Shown: piece after piece, positions 1 to 12,758 of the stretch
How positions within the stretch are numbered: position 1 is the first letter of the stretch
Layout: every line of letters starts with the position of its first letter
From: Octopus sinensis
Taxonomy: Eukaryota
Direction: 5' to 3'
Assembly (NCBI RefSeq): GCF_006345805.1
Contig: NC_043014.1
Coordinates: 10,044,001-10,108,000, forward strand
DNA length: 64,000 nucleotides
The notes under the pieces: generated by a model
Database searches by the model: none
Seen by the model: the letters and a program-made list of their open reading frames with translations, nothing else
Told to the model about the DNA's origin: nothing
Program-made: the position numbers and the translations under genes

Positions 1-88
1 ATACACACAATGTCCGGTCTGGGAATCGAAACCGCATTCCTCCGAGCGCGAGTCCGCTACCCTAACCACTGGGCCATTGCGCCTCCAC
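1..88 (-). mobile_element. tRNA-derived SINE family C, 5' head (cut by window edge)
   Basis: Reverse complement reads gtggaggcgcaatggcccagtggttagggtagcggactcgc..., the same head as 7018 and 63082, with tRNA-like A/B boxes. Confidence 0.8.
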
Positions 89-94
89 ATAAAT

Positions 95-337
95 AAACGC
101 GCCCTTTTTAAAGCCTAGCCAGGCTCATGGGCCCGGTTTCAATGGCGCATGTGTTCCCCAGCTGGACGAGACGCCAGTCCATCGCAACGTTACTCATTTT
201 CGCCAGCTGAGTGGACTGGAGCAACGTGAAATGAAGTGCTTTGCTCAAGAACACAATGCGTCGCCCGGTCCAGGAATCGAAACCACAATCTTACGATCAT
301 GATGCTGACACCCTAACCACTAAGCCACACACCTCCA
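95..337 (-). mobile_element. tRNA-derived SINE family D (CORE-like centre)
   Basis: Minus strand has a tRNA-like head then ttgtgttcttgagcaaagcactt; related copies at 11100-11410 (+) and 26715-26925 (-). Confidence 0.65.
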
Positions 338-1099
338 CAGCATTTCAAATAATCACATATAATAACACCTCCTGGACGTTATGACTAATTGTATTTGTAT
401 GCGAGTGCGCGTTCTGTGTATCTGAATATCCATATTTTATAACAAAAATATCGTCTGTATCTCCTCCTCTGAGTAAACTGTATTGATTGAGGTAAGAATA
501 ATCTTCTGGTTGTAGTCAACAGATACCTTTCAACCTTCCAAATAAATCTTCCTACGAATGACCTTCGGTTATCAAACATGTATTCAATGTTAAGAAGAAA
601 AACATCACTATAAGCCAGTTATAATTGGCTTTCAAATTGGAAATGATATTTACTGAATTTACATATACTTGCGATACACCGTAATTGATGGGAAATGAAA
701 TGTCTTGAAGCTAATTGTGTGGTATTTAGTTACACCACCTAATTCCTGCGTATAAATCTTGTCGAGTGAAACCGTTATATATTTGCCGTAAGTAAAATAA
801 GTATTTAGTATCATGTTTATCGATTGTTCATCTGTGAATCTCTATGAATGTCAGAGATTCGTTATATCAAGCAATTAAATGAGAATTAATATCGGTTTGT
901 AAACACTGAAATTAAAGTACAAGAGCTTCTTCAAGTTAATTAGTCCTCGTAGTTTACTGGTATTATTTTACTGACCATAGGTCGACTGAGTCGAAAATGG
1001 AAGCGGAGGGAACTACAGACGTTTTGATATTTACTCTCAATTTTCTAACGTTGATTTGAAATTTTATAGTTACATAGATTCATTTGCCCAAATGTAATC

Positions 1100-1546
1100 T
1101 AGTGAGACCCCTGGAACGTTTGCCTTCACAGCAGCAGGCACATCTGCAATGTTTTTCTCACTTCTGCTGGTTGCGGGTCTCCCAGAACGTTCGTCAATAT
1201 CGACATTTTTTCAGCTATCTTAGAAAAGTCTGAAACACTCGTACACTTCTCTGCGGCTCATACACTCTTCTCCATACACTTTCTGCAACTTTGCGTAGAC
1301 CTCAGAGCAGGTATCGCCATGACAACTTTCCTGGCCATGGTCAATGCTACGATCACACGCCACATAATTTCCTTCGATGCACTGCTGTAAGCAGCGGAAG
1401 TGAACTAGAACGTTAAAATTTAGTGCGCATACACAACGGTGTCCGAAGTCAAATTGTGCCAAGCAGCTTCACTCTGCGTGCTACAGCTTCGTTATAAATA
1501 TCCGGACTATGGCGACAGTCCGGATATTTATGCATCAGTCCTCGTA
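1100..1546 (-). mobile_element. Degenerate mariner 5' fragment (TIR plus transposase N-terminal HTH)
   Basis: Minus translation SEVYAKLQKVYGEECMSRREVYECFRLF and IDERSGRPATSRSEKNIADV match mariner N-terminal motifs. TIR-like TACGAGGACTG ends at ~1546. A second partial copy is at ~2445-2618. Confidence 0.7.
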
Positions 1547-1869
1547 TGTTAAGTGTGCATGTATGTGTACATAGAGTATAATTGTCGATCTCAGTAATAG
1601 TCGACGCCCTACTTTTGACCAAAAATTTAGGAATTTTCCATAGCTCCCGTATAAATGTCTACCCTAATATTTCACGAACAAGAGGACAACTTTTGTGGGT
1701 AACGAAACCTTATTATTTTGTACGTAGAAATTACAATGTTACAAACTCGTGTAGCTAATTTGCTATAGCCTGCTCTATAGGTGGAGTGCAATATGCTTAT
1801 ATTAAATCACCATTTAATAGCGAGTAGTACACATCTGTTGATGGGTGCTACATCGCAATTACTATAACG

Positions 1870-2180
1870 TATGCACAGGATATGTTGCAAGCGTATTTCT
1901 GTTTCACTTCTGAAATCTCGATCTCACATGCAATGGTTTCTTTTTCAAGAACGAACAAAAATCTGTTACCAGAGGTCTCTTCTTTCCTCGTTACTGGGCA
2001 TCCAAATGCCCATCTCAAAATCATCACTGTCCTTGCTAGAGCGGTTTTCTAAAAATATACTACCTCATATCAATCCTATGGTCTTCAACAAATTTCTCAA
2101 ACCTGGTTGTTAATGATACCAGAGTCCCTACAGCTACCGAGATGACAGTTACTTCTTTCATTGCCTACATTCATACAATT
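1870..2180 (-). mobile_element. R4/Dong-like non-LTR element, 3' fragment
   Basis: Minus translation MKEVTVISVAVGTLVSLTTRFEKFVEDHRIDMR resembles the C-terminal end of restriction-like-endonuclease LINEs. Confidence 0.55.
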
Positions 2181-2198
2181 TCACCTTTTAGTGGCTTG

Positions 2199-2200
<2 letters not shown>

Positions 2201-2237
<37 letters not shown>

Positions 2238-2257
2238 CATCATCATCATCATCATCA
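2201..2257. repeat. (CAT)n microsatellite
   Basis: Direct reading. Confidence 0.95.
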
Positions 2258-4038
2258 GTACTACGGATTCTAGCTTGAATTTCAGCCCATCAAAAGTAGT
2301 GTCCATGTAATAGTCGATCCCATAAATTTGACCTTACAATGGTCTTAAAATGGTCTTTAAAAATGGTCTTAAAAATGATCTTAAAATGGTCTAAAATGGT
2401 CTTAAAAAATCCGACTTTTACACGAGTAAAAATGTCGTAAAATTCGACATTTTTTCGGCTATCTTAGAAACACTCGTACACTTCTCTGCGGCTCATACTC
2501 TCTTCTCCATACACTTTCTGCAACTTTGCGTAGACTTCTGAGCAGGTATTTCCATGGCAACTTTCTCAGTCATAATCAATGCGACGATCACACGCCACAT
2601 ACTTTCCTTCGATGCATATATATGCATATATACATATATACAGATGCATATATATACATATATGTGTGAAGGTTTTATTTGTTTTTTTCTTTTTTCTTTC
2701 TCACGAAGAAAATGTTATCATTACTAGCTTCAAAAATGTGATTCGGGAAATAAATGTTGATAAAATAACAATTAAATACTTTTCATCGGAAAAGTACGTC
2801 GAGATGGTGTGGTTCTGCATGTTAAACATGAACCCAGCATGTGTTGTGTTGTACATTTATTCAAAGAGAAAACAAGATTTCGTCTCCGATTAAGAGACAA
2901 ATATATTCTTATTTCAAATTCTTGATTCAGAATAGTTTTTAATAAATTCTATCGTTGTAATATTGTTCTTCTGCCAAGGCGGCGACATGCTGGAATCGTT
3001 AGAACGCTAGGCAAAATGGTTCGTGTCATTTCGTCCATCTTTGCGCTCTGAGTTGAAATTTCACCAAAGTTGATTTTTGTTTTTCTCTTTTCGGAATCGT
3101 TGAACTAGGTACCTGTTGAGCTCTGCGGTCGGTATCATTGATTTACCCTCTCGCACAGAATATCTGCTCTTTTGCCAAAATTTGAGATCAATATATTGTT
3201 TTTTCTGCTATTTTCATAACAATGTGAAATGAGGGGAAATATACGGAATAAAAGACCCTTTTTTTTTTCATAAATACAACACAGAATACAATCGCTAAAT
3301 TTCGCTGAACATCATCCTCTGCTTTACATTGTATATCAAATAATTACTTCTATTCCAAGCGAGAAAAATAGTAGAGATGAGAGCTGAAATATGAAAAGGC
3401 TATATTAGGAAGGATAGATGAAATATTGCATTCAAGGAGAAATATCTCCATCCTTTCTAGATTTGTAACAAAACGTACAAATACATCCTTTACAGTTTCT
3501 GATAATAAAGAACGTATGTATGATGATTACGGATGTAACAAGGATATGCTCTGTGGTATGGCCATTTACTCTCTCTGATCAAGCGGAAAAGAGTTCTTTG
3601 TAGTCAGAAATGAAAGCTAATTGATCTTGAATTTAATATCTTATTTTTATATCATTTATGTTTCCATTTTACTGCTTCATATCTCATAGAAATATTACGT
3701 TTCTTCTCAGTTGTAGAAGTCATCGTTTCCAAGCAAAATTTCAAGATGTCTATGAAAATATGTGGGAAAAACTTAATATTTACAGGAGATATTTAATTTG
3801 TTCAGCGAAAGCATCTCTATTCACTCGGTGTAAGAAAAACATGATTTGAATAGATACACGACTTAAACAATTGATTATTTGAAACAGGCTTCTTCAATTA
3901 AGAAAAAAATAAATTGATTAATTTAAATAATTAATTATACTCTTGACTCTTGTGCGCCACAGATTTTGTACCAAGTAGAGGATACATAGTGTGGTTGCTG
4001 TGATAAGTACAATAATTATACGTTATTTTCTTGTAACC

Positions 4039-4514
4039 TATTTCTTTATTACCCACAAGGGGCTAAACTTAGAGGGGACAAACAAGGACAGACAAAGGGA
4101 CTAAGTCGATTACATCGACCCCAGTGCGAAACTGGTACTTTATTTATCGACCCCGAAAGGATGAAAGGCAAAGTCAACCTCGGCGGAATTTGAACTCAGA
4201 ACGTAACGACAGACGAAATAACGCTAAGCATTTCGCCCGGCGTGCTAACGTTTCTGCCAGCTCGCCGCCTTCTTTTCTTTTTTAAAATATTATTAGATAT
4301 ATGTTTCTTTATTACCCACAAGGGGCTAAACACAGAGCGGACAAACAAGGACAGACAAAGGGATTAAGTCGATTACATCGACCCCAGTGCGAAACTGGTA
4401 CTTTATTTATCGACCCCGAAAGGATGAAAGGCAAAGTCAACCTCGGCGGAATTTGAACTCAGAACGTAACGACAGACGAAATATTGCTAGGCATTTTGCC
4501 TGGCGTGCTAACGA
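4039..4514 (-). mobile_element. Two family A SINEs (Meta-domain-like centre) with a ~30-nt spacer inside one 16-bp TSD
   Basis: Units contain ggtcgactttgcctttcatcctttcggggtcgataaa...gtaccag. ttattttcttgtaacc occurs at 4023-4038 and 4515-4530. Confidence 0.85.
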
Positions 4515-4770
4515 TTATTTTCTTGTAACCGTTTAACTTCCAATCGAAGACCAATATATATCTCAATTGTTTTTCAGTATAAACGGTTGGGATAAAGCGC
4601 TATTTGCAAGTGTTGGAAATTATTTGAAACCTTTAAAATCAATGCCACATATCGTAGGAGATTTTAAGCGAAGAAACAGGGTATACACATGTATGTATAT
4701 ATATATATATACATTGATAAAAATGGTAAGACAACAAAAGAATGAAAGAGACCGCGATATTATGTAAATT

Positions 4771-4839
<69 letters not shown>

Positions 4840-4877
4840 TATATATAATATATATATATATATGTATATATATACAC

Positions 4878-4947
<70 letters not shown>

Positions 4948-4949
<2 letters not shown>

Positions 4950-5150
4950 TGACCGCGTGTGTACCGTTGGCGATTTTTTTCCTCTGTCTTCGCTTCTCTG
5001 GATCTTTCCTTCTCCTATGTTTCCGACAAAGAGCTCCGCTCGAAACGTAAAACCCTCCTTCATTCCTACTTTCCTGAGCATCCAATAATACTATATTTGT
5101 TCCACGTCCTCGCGTTGTTGTGTATTTTTTGTACTTTCATGTTTGGATTA

Positions 5151-5153
<3 letters not shown>
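4948..5153 (+). mobile_element. ~200-bp non-coding repeat carrying a variant hammerhead motif, copy 1
   Basis: Homologous to 35142-35349 and 55708-55939; all end in gtttggattaact followed by (TA)n. Confidence 0.8.
5019..5053 (+). ncRNA. Minimal type I hammerhead-like motif, variant core
   Basis: GTTT-CCGACAA-A-GAGC tcc GCTC-GAAA-CG-TA-AAAC. The core has an extra change (G8 to A) in this copy. Confidence 0.5.
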
Positions 5154-5204
<51 letters not shown>

Positions 5205-5249
5205 ATTTGTATATATATATTTAAAATTTATAAGTTTAAATTATTTTAA

Positions 5250-5460
5250 TAATTTTTTTAATTTTTAACTTTTATCTTTTTAAATTAATTTTATGTATTG
5301 GCTTATGGTTTCACTGTTTGATTTCTCTAATAGTGGTTTTATCTCTAATTTAATATAATATAATATAATATATTTATACTATAAAATTGATTTAATCCTA
5401 AATCTAATTTTCCCTGTAAGTTTGGATTTATTCCCTAATATTATTATTATTATATTATTA
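5250..5460 (-). repeat. AT-rich repeat, reverse copy of the 38051-38200 unit
   Basis: ttccctgtaagtttggatttattccctaatatt is the reverse complement of 38051ff; the segment tggcttatggtttcactg...ctctaatttaatata matches 38350-38412. Confidence 0.7.
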
Positions 5461-5471
5461 TTATTATATAT

Positions 5472-5503
<32 letters not shown>

Positions 5504-6266
5504 AATACATACTATATATGTATGCATTTGTATATATATATACATATACATGTACACACACATGTATACGTGTATATATGTATGAATATTCATGAGAACA
5601 TACATACATAAAGATATATATATATATATATTTGCGTGTGTATTTATATATATAGTCATTATTCACTCTCTCTCTCTCTCTCTCTCAGACACCCCCATGG
5701 ATACAAAGTGTATGGAGGAGCGTGTGTAGTTACAAGCAAATTGTTATTCGTTTATATTCAGACCGTCAGCTCTTTATAATGTTGCTATCTAGATGTTGCC
5801 AATAAGATTAATTAGATTCCGCCAATTAACCAGCTGGAAAGTAAAGCAACGTTTGCATTTTCAAAACCCTCCTTCATCGCATCATTCATACGATAAGAAG
5901 ATACATTTAGGTCAGCGCAACAAGAACAACAACGGAAAATATTTAGCACAATATAATGCTTCTCCGGCAAACTTATGAGTGCGGAAAAGGATTTTTGAGG
6001 GTCTCGAAATTACAGAAAATATAATGGAGCATAGAAATAGATCTAAACATACTATTACATCTACTTACCATAATTATATCTAGGTGTGACACTTTGTAAA
6101 TATACGACTGTTTAGAGTTCTTTTAATCTAAAAGTCACATAATGAGACTGAGAAAGGAAAGAAAGAAAGAAATATTCGTAAGAAGCAATCAATTTTAGAC
6201 ACCACTTGAGAGCGTGTCTATCTATCCATCTATCTATTTATCTATCCTTCTATCTATCTGTCTGTC

Positions 6267-6297
<31 letters not shown>

Positions 6298-6386
6298 ATA
6301 TATATATATATACAAATATATATATACATACAATATATATATACATACAAATATATATATACATACAAATATATATATACATACAA

Positions 6387-6423
<37 letters not shown>

Positions 6424-7017
6424 CATATATCTATTCCTACTAGATAAGTGTACAGAACAACTATTGTTAAGAAATCTAGTGCTGCTATTGACAGTAATTG
6501 CAGATTTCGACGATATTTCTACGTTTCCAAGCGTATTTCTGTTAAATAAAGTAGCGTTCATTTTCTATTGTGGTAGAATCAAGCAATATCTTTAGTATGT
6601 GAAAAGAATAAATAGTTATCAACCCATTGAATACCTCTAAAGTAAATATGTATATATATTTATATATATATATATAGACTAATAGAAAATGGAATTTAAA
6701 AACTGTTCCCCAATTAACGACACATTTCAGGTGAAAAGAAATGCAATCTTGTCGCCAGAGAGTATTTGTTGTAGATATTAGTCAACAGATGTTGAGAACA
6801 CTTCGATATATCTAAATAAAACTAGAATGTTCAAGAGATAAACGGAACGTAAGATAAGCAAACGACAAAATGCAATCCAATGGAAAATCTTACATGAATG
6901 GTAAGTGGATACCATATAAAAATGAATATATCTCGTGGGATCGAATGAAGAGTAAGGGTCAAGTAAAGGACATTTCTTTCTAATAGTGACACTCGGTATT
7001 TATATTCTTTATATTCA

Positions 7018-7405
7018 GTGGAGGCGCAATGGCCCAGTGGTTAGGGCAGCGGACTCACGGTCATAGGATCGCGGTTTCAATTCCCAGACCGGGCGTTGTG
7101 AGTGTTTATTGAGCGAAAACACCTAAAAGCTCCACGAGGCTCCGGCAGGGGATGGTGTTCATCCCTGCTGTACTCTTTCACCACAACTTTCTCTAACTCT
7201 TACTTCCTGTTTCTGTTGTACCTGTATTTCAAAGGGCCGGCCTTGTCACTCTCTGTGTCACGCTGAATATCCCCGAGAACTACGTTAAGGGTGCACGTGT
7301 CTGTGGAGTGCTCAGCCACTTACATGTTAATTTCACGAGCAGGCTGTTCCGTTGATTCGGATCAACCGGAACCCTCGTCGTCGTAACCGACGGAGTGCTT
7401 CCCAT
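7018..7405 (+). mobile_element. SINE family C, tail variant 1, full length
   Basis: tRNA-like head; ends aaccgacggagtgcttcc; reverse copy at 24157-24532. Confidence 0.85.
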
Positions 7406-7559
7406 CTTTATATTCTGATTTCAAATTCCGTCGTAGTCAATTCTGTTTTTCATCCATTCCTGTCGATAGTATAAGAACCAACCGGGCTTTGTGGTGGATA
7501 TAAGCGACATGTCTCATCCATTAAGATTCCAGGCTTTGTGCCTATAGTAATAATGATTA

Positions 7560-7750
7560 ATTGGTATTATCGGTTGCGGATCCGTGGAATAAGCTGCCGG
7601 ACAAGATAGTGAAGATGCCGAAGTATCTCTTGACCAGAAATTGCCTGAACTCTTTGCATGAACACCCTCGCTGTACATAACTCCATGTCCCCCTACATGG
7701 CCTTGCTTTTTGCTTTTTGAGCCAAAGAATTAACTTCAACTAACTTAACT
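7560..7750 (+). mobile_element. CR1/L2-type LINE 3' end
   Basis: Translation SVADPWNKLPDKIVKMP matches the terminal WNxLP motif; followed by a 3' UTR and a short (TAACT)-like tail. Confidence 0.6.
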
Positions 7751-7952
7751 TATTATTGGTTTTGGTTTTCAGACGGACCTGTTCAGATGGGGAACCTGCA
7801 CGCCAATGAGTCCGGGAAACCGACCCTTATGAGCTAGATATGGCTCGAGAAGGAACAAACAACAACAACACGTTTTCTTTTTGCTTTAATTTACGCGATC
7901 TGAACGCCAGTCAAGCGAATGCGTTAAGGGACGACGGTATTTTGCATCTGAA

Positions 7953-8190
7953 GGCGGCGAGCTGGCAGAAACGTTAGCACGCCGGGCGAAATGCTTAGCG
8001 GTATTTCGTCTGCGTTACGTTCTGAGTTCAAATTCCGCCGTGGTCGACTTTGCCTTTCATCCTTTCGGGGCCGATAAATTAAGTACCAGTTACGCACTGG
8101 GGTTGATGTAATCGACTTAATACCTATGTCTGTCCTTGTTTGTCCGCTCTGTGTTTAGCCCCTTGTGGGTAATAAAGAAATAGGTATTTT
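7953..8190 (+). mobile_element. Family A SINE monomer with 18-bp TSD
   Basis: ggtattttgcatctgaag at 7936-7953 and 8183-8200. Confidence 0.9.
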
Positions 8191-8364
8191 GCATCTGAAG
8201 ATGCTAACAGGTAAGGTGTGGGAGAGAAAAAAAGTAAGATTGCATTTAGATGTAGAGGGATTTACGAAGAATATAGGGGGCGTCCATAATTATGATCTTT
8301 TAAAATTCTCTTATTTTGGGGCTGCGGATGATTTGGTCTACGTAAGTGTTTCACCCTCTTGATA

Positions 8365-9160
8365 TCATTCCAAGTACCCCAGTTATCATAGGTAACGTTG
8401 TTGTTGTTCTGAGTTTCCACATTTTTTTCTGATTTCAATCTCCAGGTTTTTAAAGTACTTGCTCAATGTTTCAAATGTTTTTAAATGTGTTTTTGCCGAC
8501 TAGGCCTGAAGCATCATTGAGAAGACAAGTTATTTCGATATGATTTTTCATAGTGAGATCAGGTGCGGTTGCTTCTAATTCTCGATCAGTTTAAATACTA
8601 AAATGCTTAAGGCATTCTTGACAAATTGTGATGCCTTCTGTTCCCACCAATTGTTTTGTAAAAGCGGGTGTGTATGCAATATATTGATCAGTGTATGCAC
8701 TGTGCTACCCTGTGTTGCGTTTGAAAATATTCTCTTGGTGCCAATCTACGGCATACAGAGATCATATGATCGGTTGCCTCTCGCTCTTCGCTACATGTGC
8801 GCCATGATGATCTGATTTAATATTTCAGGAGGTTAGTTAGTGTAGTAATGGTCTGGTCCTGAGCTGCAATGATATGCCCTCTTAATTTCGAGATTGAGAC
8901 CAAAACATGATCGCCACCGATGAGTAAGGCCTTGATCTACATCAGGGCCTCTTATGCTAATTTGGTATTTGTTAGGCAGTGGCCTTCGCTACCATTTCTG
9001 TTAAAATATTGGCGACTGTTTTCTTTGGATATGGTTTATATTTCTCTTTCCTTGTCTATCGGTAACACATTTTCTTCGGTCATACTAGTAGCAATTCTCC
9101 GAAGTATATTTTCGCGATTTTATTCACAACGTGCATCATTTTGATCGTTCAACCAATAAA
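8365..9160 (-). mobile_element. Degraded R4/Dong-like LINE fragment
   Basis: Minus translations IIAAQDQT, DRELEATAPDL and TLSKYFKNLEIEIRKKMWKLRTTTTLPMITGVLGMI match the R4-clade C-terminal region. Confidence 0.65.
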
Positions 9161-9177
9161 ACATCTATTGCAATCAC

Positions 9178-9229
<52 letters not shown>

Positions 9230-9767
9230 CCCTGATGCGGTACCGGGCAGTTACTCTCGTGGCTTCTGATCTTAACTCATTGGAAGTGTTATCATTGTCT
9301 TGGTATAAAATATGGGCTACAGCAAATATCCTGCTCAATACCACAGATTTGCTTGTCAGTCGTTTGATCTTAAACAGTTGAGCATCTCCCTTAGTGGTTG
9401 ACGATATGTGAATCTCTGATCACGAGGAGAAGTTGTGGGCGAGCATCATAGCCGTGTGTTGAAAGGAATTCTTAGAGGTTTGGATAATTCATCTTTGGAA
9501 ACATAGGTGGTTCGTTCAACATCCTTAATCATTATTCAGGGACCATTTAAACGGGATGGGCTACTCCACCAAAAGAAAATTCTAACTGGGCCCCACCTGC
9601 AAGGTCATGCGCTGTTTATTTTGATATGAGATCACCATGTCGCTCACATTTGGGTGTGATGCATGTGCCTGGTGTACCCTTATCAGACGGGTAGTCATGA
9701 TGGGTATACTGGGCTTCGTATATTTTACCCCAGTGTCATTTTGATAGCATGCTCTCCTCTCTCACTC

Positions 9768-9770
<3 letters not shown>
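9230..9770. repeat. ~540-bp non-coding interspersed repeat-like segment flanked by (AAT)n on both sides
   Basis: (AAT)n at ~9177-9228 and ~9771-9856; no long ORF. Repeat status is from recall, not shown in this window. Confidence 0.45.
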
Positions 9771-9822
<52 letters not shown>

Positions 9823-11484
9823 TAATAATAATAATAATATAATAATAATAATAATAGATATTGTTGTTACTGTTATTGTAGTTGCTGCTGCTGCTACTGA
9901 TGCTGATGATGTTGCTGTTGTTATTCCTCCGAGGTCGACTCTGCTTTTCATCCTTTCGAGGTCAATAAATTAAGTAGCAGTAACAACACTGGTGTCGATG
10001 TAATCGATTAGTCCCCTCTCCCCCAAATGTCAGGCCTTGTGCATTTAGTAGAAATGATTATTATTATTTATTTTATTATTGTAATTTTTGTTGTCGTCGT
10101 TGTTTTTGTTGTTATTGTTAGTGATGTCGAAGTTGATAATGATGCTGGTGCTGCTGTTGTAGTCGGTTATGCTGAATGTTATTCAATGCATTCGTATTCT
10201 CTCATTTTCTATGGTTGGGAATCGTCCAATGTTTATTCTTATTTTATATTATTGTGTTAATCGTTGCTAAATATATGCATTGCCTTGTTTACTTGTCATA
10301 CTTCATCTATTCTATTCATATTAGTTTTATTACAAATAGTTTCATGATGAAGTTATCTCAATATTTTAAAACCTCCTAAAGGCCTTGAGTTGAATGCCAA
10401 ATGTTTTCACAATATACGTATCGACAACATTATCAGAACTTTCTATCTTATGCTTTTACATAATCCTACTATCTTTGGGCTTTGGCTTCGTTGATCAATT
10501 GTTGTTTTATCAGCAAGACATTGCGTTGGTTTCTTTATAAATAATCAATTATTTTGTTTCTCATGATAGTCTTAACTACCGCCCAAGTAACTTTTCAGGG
10601 TTCGTGAACTCAAGTGCCAGTCTAGTACTAGGGTGAGGATAAACAACTAACACCCTCCTTGGAAATAAAAATTCGAGCCTTCTATCGGGCAAACATTATC
10701 CTTACTATATAATAAATAAATTACAATCTAGGTAATAGCTCAGATTCTATTGACTATATTCATATGTTTTAAATACATAATCTAATTGGCTAATCGCGAC
10801 GCAAGCGCCCGTCCCGACAATGTCAGTCTATATATCGCTGGCAGTGAGATGGATCGCTGCTATCTCAAGCGGTTGAGCGCCCGTCATTAGCAAGGTCAGA
10901 GATGGTCGAACTCAAATGATCTGGTGGTCTTGCCGCTGGAAGTAGTAGGATGTTTTCTCACCACTGGCGATATAAACAAGAGTGTATTTTGCTCCAAAAG
11001 CCATTGTGAGAGTTTCTTTCATTGTATCTACCGCAGGTTCGTTTGTTCTAATAGAACATCCACGTTTCAATATGGATAAATCTTTTAATGAAAAGGTGTA
11101 TGCCGGGCTCACATACATGAGATAGTGAATTCGATTCCTGGACTGGGCTGTACGTTGTGTTCTTGAGCACGACACGTTATTTCACGTTGTTGCAGTTCAC
11201 TCAGCTGTAGAAATGAGTTGCGACGTCACTGGTGTCAAGCTGTATCGGCCTCTTTGCCTTTCCCTTCGATATCATCAGTGACGTTGTGTGGGGAAGCTGA
11301 TATGCATTGACGACTGTTGATTTTCCATAAACAACCCAGCCTGGACTTGTGTTACGGAGGGAAACTTTCTAGGTGCTATCCCATGGATATTCAGAACTGA
11401 AAGCGGTCTTTTGATTTACTTTCTTTTCTAATATTTAGGATGATATTGTTATCCACTATTAAAGTAATACGATTACGAAATATT

Positions 11485-12084
11485 TATTTCTTTACTACCC
11501 ACAAGGGGCTAAATACAGAGGGGATAAACAAGGACAAACAAACGGATTAAGTCGATTATATCAACCCCAGTGCGTAAATGGTACTTATTTAATCGACCCC
11601 GAAAGGATGAAAGGCAAAGTCGACCTCGGCGAAATTTGAACTCAGAACATAGTGGCAGACGAAATACCTATTTCTTTAATACCCACAAGGGGCTAAACAC
11701 AGAGAGGACAAACAAGGACAGACAAACGGATTCAGTCGATTATATCGACGCCAGTGCGTAACTGGTACTTATTTAATCGACCCCGAAAGGATGAAATGCA
11801 AAGTCGACCTCGGCGGAATTTGAACTCAGAACATAGTGGCAGACGAAATACCTATTTCTTTACTACCCACAAGGGGCTAAACACAGAAAGGACAAACAAG
11901 GACAGACAAACGGATTAAGTCGATTATATCGACCCCAGTGCGTTACTGGTACTTAATTTATCGACCCCGAAAGGATGAAAGGCAAAGTCGACCTCGGCGG
12001 AATTTGAACTCAGAACGTAGCGGCAGACGAAATACTGCAGAACATTTCGCTCAGTTTGCTAACGTTTCTGCTAGCTCGCCGCCT
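11485..12084 (-). mobile_element. Family A SINE trimer inside a 17-bp TSD
   Basis: One full head plus two headless units; tacgattacgaaatatt (11468-11484) vs tacgattacaaaatatt (12085-12101). Confidence 0.9.
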
Positions 12085-12720
12085 TACGATTACAAAATAT
12101 TATTAACAAAAATATCAAAGTACGAAATTTATTTCTTCTCCATGTTTAGTACTATCAATGCATGCATCTATTATATTCTTCAAATTTTCACTCTGTTTGT
12201 TAGCTTTGTTGTTTCATTGTTTGATTAATTGATAATATTCTTGCTACCCTAAGGAACGTCTGACGAATGTGATACAAAATATGTTATCAAATAACTATAT
12301 AAAACATAAAAACGTTCTCCATAACATGTGGCATATAAATGGATCTAGTTGCGTGTCACACATTTGATAAGCATTCTCTAAAATATTTTCACACGCAGGC
12401 ACACGCACTCTATGTCATACACACGAAAGCGCGGAGACACACGTTTACACATATATAAACTCACACACATACGCATATAAATACATACATACATACATTT
12501 ACACATATATAAACTCACACACATACGCATATAAATACATACATACATATATATATTTATATATATATATATATATAATATATATATATATGAACACACA
12601 AGTGCAAACAAGGGAGTCAGAGAAAGGCAGAATGCCACTTATATCTGAACGCTACTATAGAAATATTCCTTTAAAAAAACGTTTCTTCTAATTTTTCTTT
12701 ATTTAATTATTTAATCGTTA

Positions 12721-12758
12721 CAGTTGAAAAGATCTCAAAATGACCGAAACCGGTACTG
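12721..12758 (+). ncRNA. Eroded minimal hammerhead motif
   Basis: CAG-ttgaaaa-GATC tcaaaat GACC-GAAA-CCGG-TA-CTG; core and helix II are mutated. A 35-bp inverted repeat lies nearby (12778-12812 / 12968-13002). Confidence 0.45.

Noticed and set aside
4567-6595. Many 60-130 aa YI/HT/CV-rich ORFs (also near 30000, 32500, 59200-60000, 61100-61800)
   Set aside because: Translations of (TA)n, (CA)n and (TATG)n microsatellites.
7018-7095. tRNA-like sequences at SINE heads
   Set aside because: No complete cloverleaf or acceptor stem; they continue into SINE bodies, so they are not called as tRNA genes.
10829-10977. Degenerate ~45-bp inverted repeat
   Set aside because: Too diverged to define TIRs or a TSD; no second copy in the window.
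11240-11285. Minus-strand CTGATGA...GAAA inside a family D SINE
   Set aside because: No UH site or helix I; chance match.
11485-12084. Regularly repeated ~190-bp units resembling a CRISPR or satellite array
   Set aside because: Units are whole SINE bodies with no unique spacers; eukaryotic context.
12253-12320. CTGACGA-ATGT...ACAT-AAAA hammerhead-like string
   Set aside because: GAAA is mutated and helix III/cleavage site is missing.
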